Part shown: positions 36,856 to 47,216 of the stretch, piece by piece
Position numbering within the stretch: the stretch's first letter is position 1
Layout: each line of letters opens with the position of its first letter
Source of the DNA: Clostridia bacterium
GTDB lineage: Bacteria; Bacillota; Clostridia; Christensenellales; Borkfalkiaceae
DNA: 64,000 nt
Assembly (NCBI GenBank): GCA_017456665.1
Contig: JAFTIY010000018.1
Location: forward strand, 8,887 to 72,886
Reading direction: 5' to 3'
Program-made: the position numbers and the translations under genes
The notes under the pieces: generated by a model
What the model saw: only the letters and a program-made list of their open reading frames with translations
What the model was told of the DNA's origin: nothing
The model's database searches: none

Positions 36856-36887
36856 AATGCGCGTTAATCGCGCTATAGCCCCATTTT
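36854..36887 (+). repeat. REP-like hairpin element
   Basis: AAAATGcgcGTTAATCGCGCTATAGCCcCATTTT. Confidence 0.85.
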
Positions 36888-36939
36888 TATATAAAATTGT
36901 TATAAATATAGCCTAATTTTGTTAGGCTTAAGGTGATAT

Positions 36940-38124
36940 ATGCAAAGAAGTATTTATTTAGACCACGCGGCAACTACAAAGGTAGACGAGCGCGTAATTC
37001 AAAAGATGCTTCCGTATTTTTCAGATATATACGGAAATGCAAATAGCCAGCACTTTTACGGGCGTAAAGCTCAAAAGGCGTTGGATGAGGCGCGCGACCA
37101 AATTGCTCAAATAATCGGCGCAAATCCATCGGAGGTTTATTTTACCTCTGGCGGTACAGAGGCAGATAACTGGGCTGTATGCGGGCTTGCTCGAGCAAAC
37201 AGCACAAAGGGTAAACATATAATAACAACAAAAATAGAACACGCAGCAATTTTCGGCGCTTGCAAAACTTTAGAAAAAGAGGGCTACGAGGTAACCTACG
37301 TCGACGTAAACGAGGATGGAATAGTAGATCTTGCTAAGTTAGAGAGTGCAATTAGGCAGGATACGGTTTTAATTACCTGTATGTACGCAAACAACGAGAT
37401 AGGCACTATTCAGCCCATCGAGCGTATAGTTGAAATTGCTAAAAAGCACAAGGTAATTTTCTTTACCGACGCGGTGCAGGCTATACCCGTTATGAATATT
37501 AACGTTAAGCAGGTTGGGGTAGACGCAATGGCTTTTTCATCGCACAAGTTTAACGGGCCCAAGGGTGTAGGCGTTTTATATTTACGTAACGGAGTTAAAA
37601 TAAGCAATATTATATCGGGCGGTCACCAAGAGCGTACTCGTAGGGGTGGAACGTCGAACGTTGCAGGTGCGGTTGGTATGGCCGAGGCTTTAAGACTTAA
37701 CCGCTTAACCTTGGAGCAAGACGTTGAGTATATTCGCTCGCTTCGCGATTTGTTCGTAAGCAGAGTTCAAAACGAAATTCCATTTGCCAAATATAACGGA
37801 CACCCGCAGTTGCGCGTTCCGGGTAATGCAGATTTTTCGTTTGAATTTATAGAAGGCGAGTCAATACTCTTTTCGTTAGACCTTGAGGGAATTGCCGTTT
37901 CTTCAGGCTCGGCATGTTCTTCCGGCTCGTTAGAGCCATCGCACGTGCTATTGGCAATCGGTGTTGAAGAGGCTGTGGCTCACGGCTCTATACGCTTTTC
38001 GTTCGGCAAAGAAAATACCGTTGAAGAGGTTAATTACGTTGTAGACAAGCTTAAGCAAATAGTTGAAAGATTGCGCATGATGTCGCCTTTATATAAGGTT
38101 GAAAGTAAAACTACAAAATGCTAA
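36940..38124 (+). CDS. nifS: cysteine desulfurase
   Basis: PLP-lysine region SSHKFNGPKG; catalytic loop SSGSACSSG. Confidence 0.9.
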   Translation: MQRSIYLDHAATTKVDERVIQKMLPYFSDIYGNANSQHFYGRKAQKALDEARDQIAQIIGANPSEVYFTSGGTEADNWAVCGLARANSTKGKHIITTKIEHAAIFGACKTLEKEGYEVTYVDVNEDGIVDLAKLESAIRQDTVLITCMYANNEIGTIQPIERIVEIAKKHKVIFFTDAVQAIPVMNINVKQVGVDAMAFSSHKFNGPKGVGVLYLRNGVKISNIISGGHQERTRRGGTSNVAGAVGMAEALRLNRLTLEQDVEYIRSLRDLFVSRVQNEIPFAKYNGHPQLRVPGNADFSFEFIEGESILFSLDLEGIAVSSGSACSSGSLEPSHVLLAIGVEEAVAHGSIRFSFGKENTVEEVNYVVDKLKQIVERLRMMSPLYKVESKTTKC

Positions 38125-38159
38125 AAGTCGGCATATAAGTCGATTAATCGCACATTTTT
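38123..38159 (-). repeat. REP-like hairpin element, variant core, opposite to operon direction
   Basis: Plus strand: aaaagtcGGCATATAAGTCGATTAATcgcacattttt. Confidence 0.7.
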
Positions 38160-38190
38160 AATAAAAAGTTAACAAAGGAGTTTAATATAT

Positions 38191-38556
38191 ATGTATAACG
38201 ATAAAGTAATGGAAGCATTTAAAAATCCCAAAAACGTAGGCGAAATAGAAAATTACGATGGTATAGGCGTAGTGGGCAACGCCTCTTGCGGCGATATAAT
38301 GCAAATTACCATTAAAGTAGAAAACGGTATTATAGTAGATGCAAAGTTTAAAACTTTTGGCTGTGCGGCTGCAGTAGCAACCTCTTCAACTGCAACGCAA
38401 ATGGTTATCGGCATGACTTTAGAGGAGGCTTTAGCGCTTACCAATAAAAAAGTAGTAGAAGAACTCGAGGGCTTACCCCCTCAAAAAATTCACTGCTCGG
38501 TGCTTGCTGAAGAGGCAATCAAAAAGGCAATTGAAGATTACAAATCAAAGCAGTAA
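38191..38556 (+). CDS. nifU: Fe-S cluster assembly scaffold protein
   Basis: Three conserved Cys regions: SCGD, FGCAAA and HCSVLAEEA. Confidence 0.9.
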   Translation: MYNDKVMEAFKNPKNVGEIENYDGIGVVGNASCGDIMQITIKVENGIIVDAKFKTFGCAAAVATSSTATQMVIGMTLEEALALTNKKVVEELEGLPPQKIHCSVLAEEAIKKAIEDYKSKQ

Positions 38557-38561
38557 TTTAT

Positions 38562-38591
38562 AAGGTCGCTTATTTAGCGGCCTTGTTTTTT
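38562..38591 (+). terminator. intrinsic terminator after nifU
   Basis: AAGGTCGC-ttattta-GCGGCCTT followed by GTTTTTT. Confidence 0.8.
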
Positions 38592-38630
38592 ACCTTTTAA
38601 AAAAGTGATAGATAAAATTTGATTAAATTA

Positions 38631-38659
38631 TTGCAATAAAGTTAACAATGTGGTATAAT
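38631..38659 (+). promoter_or_regulatory. sigma-70-type promoter TTGCAA-17-TATAAT of the deo operon
   Basis: TTGCAA 38631-38636, TATAAT 38654-38659. Confidence 0.65.
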
Positions 38660-38799
38660 GTATAAAAAGATATATAAGCATTGCGCTTTTACTTTAAAAA
38701 ACACAAACTTTTAGTGATCACGCTTTTAAAAAATAGCGTTTCCGTTTTAGCTTCGTGCGCGCAAGCTTAATAATTATAGTATGGTTTTAGGAGAATTTT

Positions 38800-39489
38800 A
38801 TGGATATTAATCAAATTTTGGCAAAATGCGATCATACCTTACTCGGTCAAACGGCAACGTGGGCAGATATTAAAAAAATATGCGACGAGGGAATGAAATA
38901 TAAAACGGCATCAGTTTGCATTCCGCCTAGTTTTGTTAAGCGTGCTAAAGAATACGTTGGCAACAACCTCGCAATTTGTACGGTTATAGGCTTTCCTAAC
39001 GGATATAGCACTACGTCGGTTAAAATTTTTGAAACGCTTGACGCGATAAAAAACGGTGCTGACGAAATTGATATGGTTATAAACGTTGGCGAACTTAAGG
39101 CCGGAAATTACGATTACGTTCGCAAAGAAATTTACGGTATTAAGGCCATGTGTGGCGATAAAATTTTAAAAGTTATTATTGAAGCTTGCCTTTTAACTGA
39201 TGAAGAAAAAAAGGTTTGCTGCCGTTTGGTTACCGAAGCGGGTGCCGATTATATTAAAACCTCAACCGGATTTTCAACCGGTGGTGCTACTCGCGAAGAC
39301 GTTGCGCTTATGGTTGCAAACGTAGGTCCGGGCGTAAAAACTAAAGCGGCCGGCGGTATTTCGGGTATTAGCGACGCTGAAGATTTTATTAATTTAGGCG
39401 CAGATAGGCTTGGCACGAGTAGGGTTGTTAAGGCTGTTATCGCAGCCGAAAACGATAAACCCGAAGATAACAACGGCGGAACTTATTAA
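38800..39489 (+). CDS. deoC: deoxyribose-phosphate aldolase
   Basis: YIKTSTGF Schiff-base lysine region; 229 aa. Confidence 0.9.
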   Translation: MDINQILAKCDHTLLGQTATWADIKKICDEGMKYKTASVCIPPSFVKRAKEYVGNNLAICTVIGFPNGYSTTSVKIFETLDAIKNGADEIDMVINVGELKAGNYDYVRKEIYGIKAMCGDKILKVIIEACLLTDEEKKVCCRLVTEAGADYIKTSTGFSTGGATREDVALMVANVGPGVKTKAAGGISGISDAEDFINLGADRLGTSRVVKAVIAAENDKPEDNNGGTY

Positions 39490-39494
39490 TTGGC

Positions 39495-39529
39495 AAAACG
39501 TGCGTTAATCGCACTATAGGCACACTTTT
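39495..39529 (+). repeat. REP-like hairpin element
   Basis: aaaacGTGCGTTAATCGCACTATAGGCACactttt. Confidence 0.8.
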
Positions 39530-39562
39530 TATAAGAATTTAAACAAGGGAGATATAAATATT

Positions 39563-40270
39563 ATGGCAGTACCAACCCCACATATCACGGCTAAAGAGGG
39601 CGATTTTGCAAAAACCGTTTTAATGCCGGGTGATCCTTTAAGAGCAAAATTTATTGCAGAAAATTATCTTGAAAACGCAGTTTTAGTTAACAACGTACGC
39701 GGGGTTAACGGTTATACGGGCTATTATAAAGGCAAAAGAGTTTCGGTAATGGCTTCGGGTATGGGGCAACCCTCTATTGGAATTTATTCGTACGAATTAT
39801 TTAATTTTTACGGTGTAGAAAATATTATTCGCGTAGGCTCTTGCGGAAGCTTTCATAAAGATTTGCACGCGCGTGATATAATAATTGCGATGGGCGCTTG
39901 CACTAACGGCAATTACGCTATGCAATACAATTTACCGGGTACGTTTTGCCCCATAGCAAGTTTTGATCTCGTTAAAAGAGCGGCCAAGCTTTGCGAAAAG
40001 GCGGGCGTTAATTACATGGTAGGAAACATCTTTTCATCAGACACCTTCTACGATGACGCCAACAGCGGTATGCAGTGGGCTAAAATGGGTGTTTTGGGTG
40101 TTGAAATGGAATCTGCGGCTCTTTATTGCAATGCGGCACGCGCAGGTAAAAACGCACTTTGTATTTGTACCGTTTCTGATTCGTTTATTTATCCGGAAGA
40201 AAATACAACCGCTGAAGAAAGGCAAAATTCTTTTACTAAAATGATGGAAATTGCGCTTGAACTTGCTTAA
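39563..40270 (+). CDS. deoD: purine nucleoside phosphorylase
   Basis: GMGQPSIGIYSYEL and VEMESAAL motifs; 235 aa. Confidence 0.9.
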   Translation: MAVPTPHITAKEGDFAKTVLMPGDPLRAKFIAENYLENAVLVNNVRGVNGYTGYYKGKRVSVMASGMGQPSIGIYSYELFNFYGVENIIRVGSCGSFHKDLHARDIIIAMGACTNGNYAMQYNLPGTFCPIASFDLVKRAAKLCEKAGVNYMVGNIFSSDTFYDDANSGMQWAKMGVLGVEMESAALYCNAARAGKNALCICTVSDSFIYPEENTTAEERQNSFTKMMEIALELA

Positions 40271-40289
40271 CAAATAAAAATAAAATTTT

Positions 40290-40329
40290 ACAAAAGTGCC
40301 GTTAATCAACTTATATGGGCACTTTTTGT
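40290..40329 (+). repeat. REP-like hairpin element, long perfect arms, CAACTTATA core variant
   Basis: ACAAAAGTGCCgttaatcaacttatatgGGCACTTTTTGT. Confidence 0.85.
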
Positions 40330-40349
40330 AACTATGTAAGGAATTATTA

Positions 40350-41513
40350 ATGAATAAAAGAGTATTTTTAATAGTATTAGATAGCGTTGGAATAGGGGCT
40401 TTACCTGATGCCGCCGATTGGGGGGATGAGGGAAGCAATACCTTGGGCGCTATAAAAAATCATCCCAAATTTAACTGCCCAAATCTTGAAAAGATGGGGC
40501 TTATGAATATCGACGGTGTGGGCGGTGGTGTAAAAAATCCTACTGCGAGCTTTGCAAAAATGGCCGAGCTTTCTTTGGGTAAAGATACCACTATAGGTCA
40601 TTGGGAAATAGCCGGCGTGGTTTCGCCAAACCCTCTGCCCGTATATCCGAACGGATTCCCGCAAGAAGTTATTGAGCAGTTTGAAAAGCTTACCGGCAGA
40701 AAAACTTTGTGTAATAAGCCGTACTCCGGCACAGACGTTATTCGCGATTACGGCGAAGAGCATCTAAAAACGGGTGCTTTAATAGTGTACACCTCGGCAG
40801 ATAGCGTGTTTCAGGTTGCCGCACACGAAAGTATAGTTCCCGTTGAACAGCTTTATGAATATTGCGAAATTGCCCGTTCAATTTTAGTGGGTAAGCACGG
40901 AGTGGGTAGGGTAATTGCTCGCCCGTTTGAGGGAGAATACCCCTTTAAGCGCACGTCGCGCCGCCACGATTATTCATTGCTTCCCCCCTCGAACACCATG
41001 CTTGACCTTATAAAAGAAAGCGGAAAAGAGGTTATTTCGGTAGGTAAAATTTACGATATTTTTGCAGGGCGTGGGCTAACGGCTTCAAACCGTATTAAAA
41101 ACAACGAAGACGGAATGGAAAAGACCATTCAAATTGCTAAAGAGCAATTTAACGGCCTTTGCTTTGTTAATTTGGTTGATTTTGATATGGTTTACGGCCA
41201 CCGTAACGATATAGAGGGATACGCAAACGCTATGACCGTTTTTGATAAACAGCTTGAGCAGCTTTTGCCATTACTTAAAGAAGAAGATATTTTAATAATA
41301 ACTGCAGACCACGGTTGCGACCCCAAAACCCCCTCTACCGATCATTCTCGCGAGTATACGCCAATGATTATTTTCGGCAATAAAATTAAAGCGGGCGTAA
41401 ACCTAAAAACGCGCAAAAGCTTTTCAGATATTTCGGCAACGGTGCTTGAGTATTTAGAAATAAATCAAGGCGATACGGCGGGCGAAAGCTTTTTAAGTGA
41501 AGTACAAAAGTAG
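40350..41513 (+). CDS. deoB: phosphopentomutase
   Basis: LDSVGIG and TADHGCDP motifs; 387 aa. Confidence 0.9.
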   Translation: MNKRVFLIVLDSVGIGALPDAADWGDEGSNTLGAIKNHPKFNCPNLEKMGLMNIDGVGGGVKNPTASFAKMAELSLGKDTTIGHWEIAGVVSPNPLPVYPNGFPQEVIEQFEKLTGRKTLCNKPYSGTDVIRDYGEEHLKTGALIVYTSADSVFQVAAHESIVPVEQLYEYCEIARSILVGKHGVGRVIARPFEGEYPFKRTSRRHDYSLLPPSNTMLDLIKESGKEVISVGKIYDIFAGRGLTASNRIKNNEDGMEKTIQIAKEQFNGLCFVNLVDFDMVYGHRNDIEGYANAMTVFDKQLEQLLPLLKEEDILIITADHGCDPKTPSTDHSREYTPMIIFGNKIKAGVNLKTRKSFSDISATVLEYLEINQGDTAGESFLSEVQK

Positions 41514-41541
41514 GCCTATAACGCGATTAGCGCAGGTTTTT
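41505..41541 (-). repeat. REP-like hairpin element, opposite to operon direction; overlaps the deoB stop
   Basis: Plus strand: caaaagtaGGCCTATAACGCGATTAGCgcaggttttt. Confidence 0.8.
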
Positions 41542-41573
41542 ATATAAACTAACCTTTTTTGAGGAGAAAAATT

Positions 41574-41975
41574 ATGACCGATAAACAACTTATGGAACTT
41601 GCAGTTGAGGCAAGAAAAAGGGCGTATACTCCATACTCAGGCTTTAAGGTAGGGGCAGCCCTTTTGGCAAAAAGCGGCAAGGTGTATTTGGGCTGCAATA
41701 TCGAAAACGCTGCCTATACTCCCACCAACTGCGCTGAACGTACCGCGTTTTTTAAAGCGGTAAGCGAGGGAGAAATGCAGTTTGAAAAAATTGCAATAGT
41801 AGGCGGAAAGGAAGAACTTTTACCCCTTTGTGCTCCTTGCGGCGTTTGTAGGCAGGTTATGGCGGAGTTTTGTGACGATCAGTTTGAGGTAATACTTGGC
41901 ACGCCCGATAATTTTAAAGGGTATAAGCTAAACGAGGTTTTACCGTTTGCGTTTACTCCCGTGCATTTAAATTAG
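41574..41975 (+). CDS. cdd: cytidine deaminase
   Basis: Zinc motifs CAERTA and PCGVCRQ; GAGGAG RBS before ATG 41574. Confidence 0.9.
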   Translation: MTDKQLMELAVEARKRAYTPYSGFKVGAALLAKSGKVYLGCNIENAAYTPTNCAERTAFFKAVSEGEMQFEKIAIVGGKEELLPLCAPCGVCRQVMAEFCDDQFEVILGTPDNFKGYKLNEVLPFAFTPVHLN

Positions 41976-42054
41976 TCAAACTTTTTATTGATTAATAATC
42001 AAGCTTTTAATTAACTAAACTTTTTTAAAGTGACTTTACCGCTAAAATCAAAGG

Positions 42055-42096
42055 GCACGTTGACTGTGGCAAAAGCTATAGCCAGTGTGCTTTTTT
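42055..42096 (+). terminator. intrinsic terminator after cdd (loop contains GCTATAGCC, REP-like remnant)
   Basis: GCAC..ACTG-16 nt-CAGTGTGC followed by TTTTTT. Confidence 0.6.
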
Positions 42097-42244
42097 ACGT
42101 GTCGCACAAAAACCTGACAAAAAATGTGGTAAAACGCTTGTAAAATGGCAATAAATGCCTAAAATCGGTTTACTTATAAATAAAAATAAAGTATAATGTA
42201 TAAGCGCTATTATAGTTATTATTCATAATGGAGATATATACAAT

Positions 42245-44926
42245 ATGGGATTAATTAGGTACATTCTAAATTCCGATTCACGCCGCAGCTTGCGCAAAAT
42301 CAGCGCTACCGCCGATAAGATTATGGCTATGTCGCCAAAATATGAGGCAATGAGCGATGAAGAGCTTCGCAATCAAACGGTAATTTTAAAAGAAAAATTG
42401 GCAAAGGGCGCAACTCTCGACAGTATTTTACCCGAAGCGTTTGCTACTGTAAGAGAGGCATCTTACCGCGTTCTCAATATGCGTCACTATCACGTTCAGC
42501 TAATGGGCGGTATCTGCGTACACCAAGGCCGTGTTGCAGAGCTTAAAACGGGTGAAGGTAAAACGCTTATGGCAACCTTGCCCGCATACCTTAACGCTCT
42601 TACCGGTAAGGGCGTACACATCGTTACGGTAAACGATTACCTTGCAAAGCGTGACGCTGACTGGATGGGCAAAGTTCACCGCTTTTTAGGTTTAACTGTA
42701 GGCGTAAACGTTCACGAGCTTACCGATGACGATAAGCGCGCCGCTTATGCGTGCGATATTACCTATGGCACGAATAACGAGTTTGGTTTTGACTATTTGA
42801 GAGATAACTTAAAAGTTCACTTAAAGCAAATGGTACAGCGTGGCTTAAACTTTGCTATCGTAGACGAGGTTGACTCCATTTTAATTGACGAAGCGAGAAC
42901 TCCGCTTATTATTTCGGGCAGAGGTAACAAATCTTCTGAAATGTATGCTTCGGCAGACAGATTCGTTCGTTCTTTAAAGATTGATCAAGATTTTACCATT
43001 GATATTAAAGAAAAATCTGTGCAAATTACCGAAAGTGGCTCGAGAAAGGCAGAGAACTTTTTCGGCGTAGGCAATATTGCCGATATAGAAAACGCAGAGC
43101 TCAACCACCACATTCAACAGGCTCTTAAAGCACACCATATTTTCAAACGTGATAACGATTATATCGTTCAGGATAACGAAATTATTATCGTAGATGAATT
43201 TACCGGTCGTTTAATGATTGGTCGTAGATATTCAGAGGGTTTACACCAGGCTATCGAGGCAAAAGAAAGGGTTATAATTCGCAACGAAAACCAAACTCAA
43301 GCTACTATAACCTTTCAAAACTACTTCCGTTTATATAGCAAGCTCTCGGGCATGACGGGTACTGCAAAAACGGAAGAAGAGGAATTTAAAACCATTTACG
43401 GCCTTGACGTATTAGAAATTCCCACCAATAAGCCGGTTATCAGAAAGGATCAGCACGACGTAGTTTATTCAACTCAAAAGGGCAAGCTTCGCGCTATAGT
43501 AGACGAAATAGTTCGCTTAAACGAAAAGGGCCAGCCCGTGCTCGTAGGTACCGTTACCGTTGAAAAATCAGAAGAAATTTCACGCGAGCTGTTAAAACGC
43601 CGCGTTCGTCACCAAATATTAAACGCTAAAAACCACCGCCGTGAAGCAGAAATTATTGCGCAAGCGGGCAAGCTTGGCGCGGTTACGATTGCAACCAACA
43701 TGGCGGGCCGTGGTACGGATATTTTGCTGGGCGGAAACCCCGAGTTTTTGGCTAAGCAAGATTTAAGAAATCACGGCGTTGAAGAAGACGTTATCGAAAT
43801 GGCTATTTCTTACGTACAAAACGTACCCGATGAGGTAGAAGAGGTGCGTAAGGAATACCGCAGACTTCTTGCAGAGCATCAAGCGGTAACCGATAAAGAA
43901 AAAGAAAAGGTTACCGAAGTTGGCGGCTTGTTTATTTTAGGTACTGAGCGTCATGAATCGCGCCGTATCGATAACCAGCTTCGCGGTCGTGCAGGCCGTC
44001 AGGGCGACCCCGGTGAGTCGAGATTTTATATTTCGCTTGAAGATGATCTTGCAACCCGCTTTGGCGGAGAGCGCTTACAAAAGATTTACTCGATGTTCAA
44101 GGTTGACGAGAATACGCCTATCGAGGCAAAAATGCTTTCAAAGAGTATTGAAAACGCCCAACGCACCATTGAGGGTAAAAACTTTGGTATAAGAAAGCAC
44201 ATTTTAGGTTACGACGACGTTATGAACCGTCAGCGTATGGTAATGTACGAAGAAAGAATGAAGGTTCTTCGCGGTGAAAACGTTCACCAAGACGTATTAA
44301 ACCTTATTCCCGATTACGTAACCGGTTTATTCCATTCTACCGTTAACGTTTCTAACGAGCCCTCTTCGTGGGATGAACAAGCGCTTAACAAAATTTTACA
44401 AGAAAGGGTTTTACCTGTTGGCGTTGAATTTATAACTCGCGAAAAGCTTATCAATTGGGATAGCAAAACCATTATCGAAAAAACTATAGATAAAGTTATT
44501 GAGTGCTACGAAGAAAAAATTGAATTATATAAAGAAAAGGGTATCGATTACCACGAGGTAGAAAGAATTATTCTTTTAAGAAACGTAGATACCAAGTGGA
44601 TTGAACACATCGACTCGATGGATAGATTAAAACGCGGTATTTCTTTGCGTGCATACGCTAATGAAGATCCGTTGATTTCTTACAAGCGTGAAGGTCTTGA
44701 AATGTTTGAAGAAATGACTGCTAGCATTCAAGAGGATACCATTAAATATCTTCTTAAAATCGAGGTAGAAAAAGTTCCGCAAAGAACTGAAAAGAAAAAC
44801 TTCGTAGAAAGCGGCGGTTCGTTAGAATCTCCCCAGCGCACGGTGGTTAATAAGCAAAACGTGGGCAGAAACGATCCTTGTCCATGCGGAAGCGGTAAAA
44901 AATATAAAAACTGTTGTGGCAGATAA
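42245..44926 (+). CDS. secA: preprotein translocase ATPase SecA
   Basis: LKTGEGKTL Walker A, DEVDSILIDEARTPLIIS, C-terminal zinc finger CPCGSGKKYKNCCG. Confidence 0.95.
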   Translation: MGLIRYILNSDSRRSLRKISATADKIMAMSPKYEAMSDEELRNQTVILKEKLAKGATLDSILPEAFATVREASYRVLNMRHYHVQLMGGICVHQGRVAELKTGEGKTLMATLPAYLNALTGKGVHIVTVNDYLAKRDADWMGKVHRFLGLTVGVNVHELTDDDKRAAYACDITYGTNNEFGFDYLRDNLKVHLKQMVQRGLNFAIVDEVDSILIDEARTPLIISGRGNKSSEMYASADRFVRSLKIDQDFTIDIKEKSVQITESGSRKAENFFGVGNIADIENAELNHHIQQALKAHHIFKRDNDYIVQDNEIIIVDEFTGRLMIGRRYSEGLHQAIEAKERVIIRNENQTQATITFQNYFRLYSKLSGMTGTAKTEEEEFKTIYGLDVLEIPTNKPVIRKDQHDVVYSTQKGKLRAIVDEIVRLNEKGQPVLVGTVTVEKSEEISRELLKRRVRHQILNAKNHRREAEIIAQAGKLGAVTIATNMAGRGTDILLGGNPEFLAKQDLRNHGVEEDVIEMAISYVQNVPDEVEEVRKEYRRLLAEHQAVTDKEKEKVTEVGGLFILGTERHESRRIDNQLRGRAGRQGDPGESRFYISLEDDLATRFGGERLQKIYSMFKVDENTPIEAKMLSKSIENAQRTIEGKNFGIRKHILGYDDVMNRQRMVMYEERMKVLRGENVHQDVLNLIPDYVTGLFHSTVNVSNEPSSWDEQALNKILQERVLPVGVEFITREKLINWDSKTIIEKTIDKVIECYEEKIELYKEKGIDYHEVERIILLRNVDTKWIEHIDSMDRLKRGISLRAYANEDPLISYKREGLEMFEEMTASIQEDTIKYLLKIEVEKVPQRTEKKNFVESGGSLESPQRTVVNKQNVGRNDPCPCGSGKKYKNCCGR

Positions 44927-44934
44927 TAATTTAT

Positions 44935-44979
44935 AAAAGTAGCCTATAACCATTGTTAATCGCGTTATAGGCCAACTTT
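44935..44979 (+). repeat. REP-like hairpin element, long form with full inverted arms
   Basis: AAAAGTaGCCTATAACcattgttaatcgcGTTATAGGCcaACTTTT. Confidence 0.9.
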
Positions 44980-45060
44980 TTGTAAAAAAAATTAATTGAT
45001 TTTTTATAAAACGAGTAAAACGTTAACTTTTACCGTTAAACAATTTAGGAATTAACAGTT

Positions 45061-46159
45061 ATGATTAGAACAGATATTTATACCCAAAAAATTCGTCAGC
45101 TGCGTGACACCCTGAAAGAGGCAGGGTACTCTCTTTGACACGGATAAATTAAGAGAGGAGCAAAAACAGTTAGAGGCAGAGCTAGAGCTTCCCGAGGTAT
45201 GGGCAGATCTTGAAAGATCGGCAAAGGTATCGAAAAAGCTTCAGCAAATCAAAAACAAACTTTCAGTTTATGATAGAACGGCAAAGTCGGTAGACGATAT
45301 TGAAGAGCTTTTAGCTTTAGCCGAGGAAGAAAACGACGAAAGTTTGGTTCCCGAAATAGAAGGCGATCTTGCCCGCGCAGAAGAGGATATTGAGCAGCTT
45401 CGCTTACAAACCTTACTTCGCGGAAAATACGATGGGTTAGACGCTATTCTCACCTTACACGCAGGCGCGGGTGGAACGGAAGCGTGCGATTGGACTGAGA
45501 TGCTTTATCGCATGTATATATGTTACGCCGAAAAGCACGGCTATAAGCTTACCGAATATGATAGAGTAGACGGCGACGGAGCGGGCTTAAAGAGCGTAAC
45601 CTTTAAAGTAGAAGGGGATAACGCTTACGGATATTTAAAGAGCGAAAAGGGGGTGCACCGTTTAGTGCGCATCTCTCCTTTTGATGCAAACGCCAGAAGG
45701 CATACTTCATTTTCATCTGTTGAGGTTATGCCCGAAATCGAAGACTCGGGCGAAATAGTAATCAAACCCGAAGAGCTTAAGGTTGACACCTACCGTTCTA
45801 GCGGTGCAGGTGGTCAGCACGTTAATAAAACTGAATCGGCAATACGAATTACTCACCTTCCTACCGGAATAATAGTGGCTTGCCAAAACGAGCGAAGTCA
45901 GGTTCAAAACCGCGAGCGCGCTATGAAAATGCTTATGAGTAAGCTTATTGAAAAGCGTGAAAGCGAGCGAATGGAGGAGGCTGCGTCCATTAAGGGCGAA
46001 ATGAAAAAAATCGAGTGGGGTAGCCAAATTCGTTCATACGTATTTTGCCCCTATACTATGGTTAAAGATCACCGAACGGGGTGTGAAACGGGCAACGTAA
46101 ACGCCGTTATGGATGGCGAAATCGACGCTTTTATTATTGACTATTTAAAAAAATCTTAA
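45061..46159 (+). CDS. prfB: peptide chain release factor 2, requires a programmed +1 frameshift
   Basis: Frame 0 runs from ATG 45061 to CTT TGA (45133-45138). The +1 frame from 45137 continues into ORF 45344..46159, which carries the SPF and GGQ motifs. A GAGGCAGGG SD-like element lies upstream of the shift site. Confidence 0.9.
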
Positions 46160-46169
46160 GGCAAAGCAA

Positions 46170-47216
46170 ATGAGTTATATCGACGATATAAAAAAGCGCC
46201 CTATAAAAGAGGACGCCATAATTTTGGCTATAGAATCCTCTTGTGATGAAACGGCGTGCGCCATACTTCGCGGGCGAACGGAATTGCTTTCTTCAGAGAT
46301 AGAAAGCTCTATGACCGAGCATATAAAATTTGGGGGAGTAGTGCCCGAAATTGCTTCGCGCGCACATACTGCCGCAATATCTATCGTTGTAGAAAGGGCG
46401 TTAAAAAATGCAAACGTACAGTTAAATCAAATAGATGCGGTAGCCGTAACGTACGGTTCGGGCTTACTTGGTGCACTGTTGGTAGGCGTATCTTACGCAA
46501 AGGCGCTAGCTTACGCATTAAAAGTTCCGCTTATACCCGTAAGCCATATTCGCGGGCATCTTGCGGCTATTTATCTTGCCGACGATAAGCTTCAGCCCCC
46601 CTTTATATCGCTGCTTGCAAGCGGTGGACATACCGCAATTATCGACGTTAAGAGTTATTCTGAATTTGAAATTTTGGGCGGTACGCTCGACGACGCGGTA
46701 GGCGAGGCGTTTGATAAGGTTGCAAGGGTGTTGGGGCTTTCTTATCCGGGTGGGCCTAACGTAGAAAGGCTTGCGCTTGAGGGAGCTAACAGCATAGAGC
46801 TTCCAAAAATGTTAAAGGGCAAAGAGGGATACGATTTTTCATACAGCGGATTAAAAACCGCAGTAATAAATTACGTTCATAACTGTGAGCAGAAGGCAAT
46901 TGAGGTAAATAAGGCAGACGTTGCAAGGTCATTTCAGCACGCAGCCGTGGAGGTGCTCGTTAAAAAGAGTGTAAAGGCGGCTATTGAGCGCGGGAGAACG
47001 GTTGTAACGGCAGGCGGTGGAGTTGTTGCGAACGGCTATTTACGCTTTTTGCTCGAAAAAACTTGTGAAAAAAAGGGTATACGTGCAGTGTTGCCGCCTA
47101 AAAAGCTGTGCACCGATAACGCCGCAATGATAGCAGCAGAGGGGTATATACAGTATTTGAAAGGTAATTTTGCAGACCTCGATTTAAACGCGGTTGCTCG
47201 CGTTAAGTTTGAATAA
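46170..47216 (+). CDS. tsaD: tRNA N6-adenosine threonylcarbamoyltransferase
   Basis: Kae1/TsaD motifs SCDETA and GGVVPEIASRAH. Confidence 0.9.
   Translation: MSYIDDIKKRPIKEDAIILAIESSCDETACAILRGRTELLSSEIESSMTEHIKFGGVVPEIASRAHTAAISIVVERALKNANVQLNQIDAVAVTYGSGLLGALLVGVSYAKALAYALKVPLIPVSHIRGHLAAIYLADDKLQPPFISLLASGGHTAIIDVKSYSEFEILGGTLDDAVGEAFDKVARVLGLSYPGGPNVERLALEGANSIELPKMLKGKEGYDFSYSGLKTAVINYVHNCEQKAIEVNKADVARSFQHAAVEVLVKKSVKAAIERGRTVVTAGGGVVANGYLRFLLEKTCEKKGIRAVLPPKKLCTDNAAMIAAEGYIQYLKGNFADLDLNAVARVKFE

Noticed and set aside
41987-42001. Palindrome TTGATTA-A-TAATCAA after cdd
   Set aside because: It is short, AT-rich and occurs once. Such palindromes are expected by chance in AT-rich intergenic DNA.
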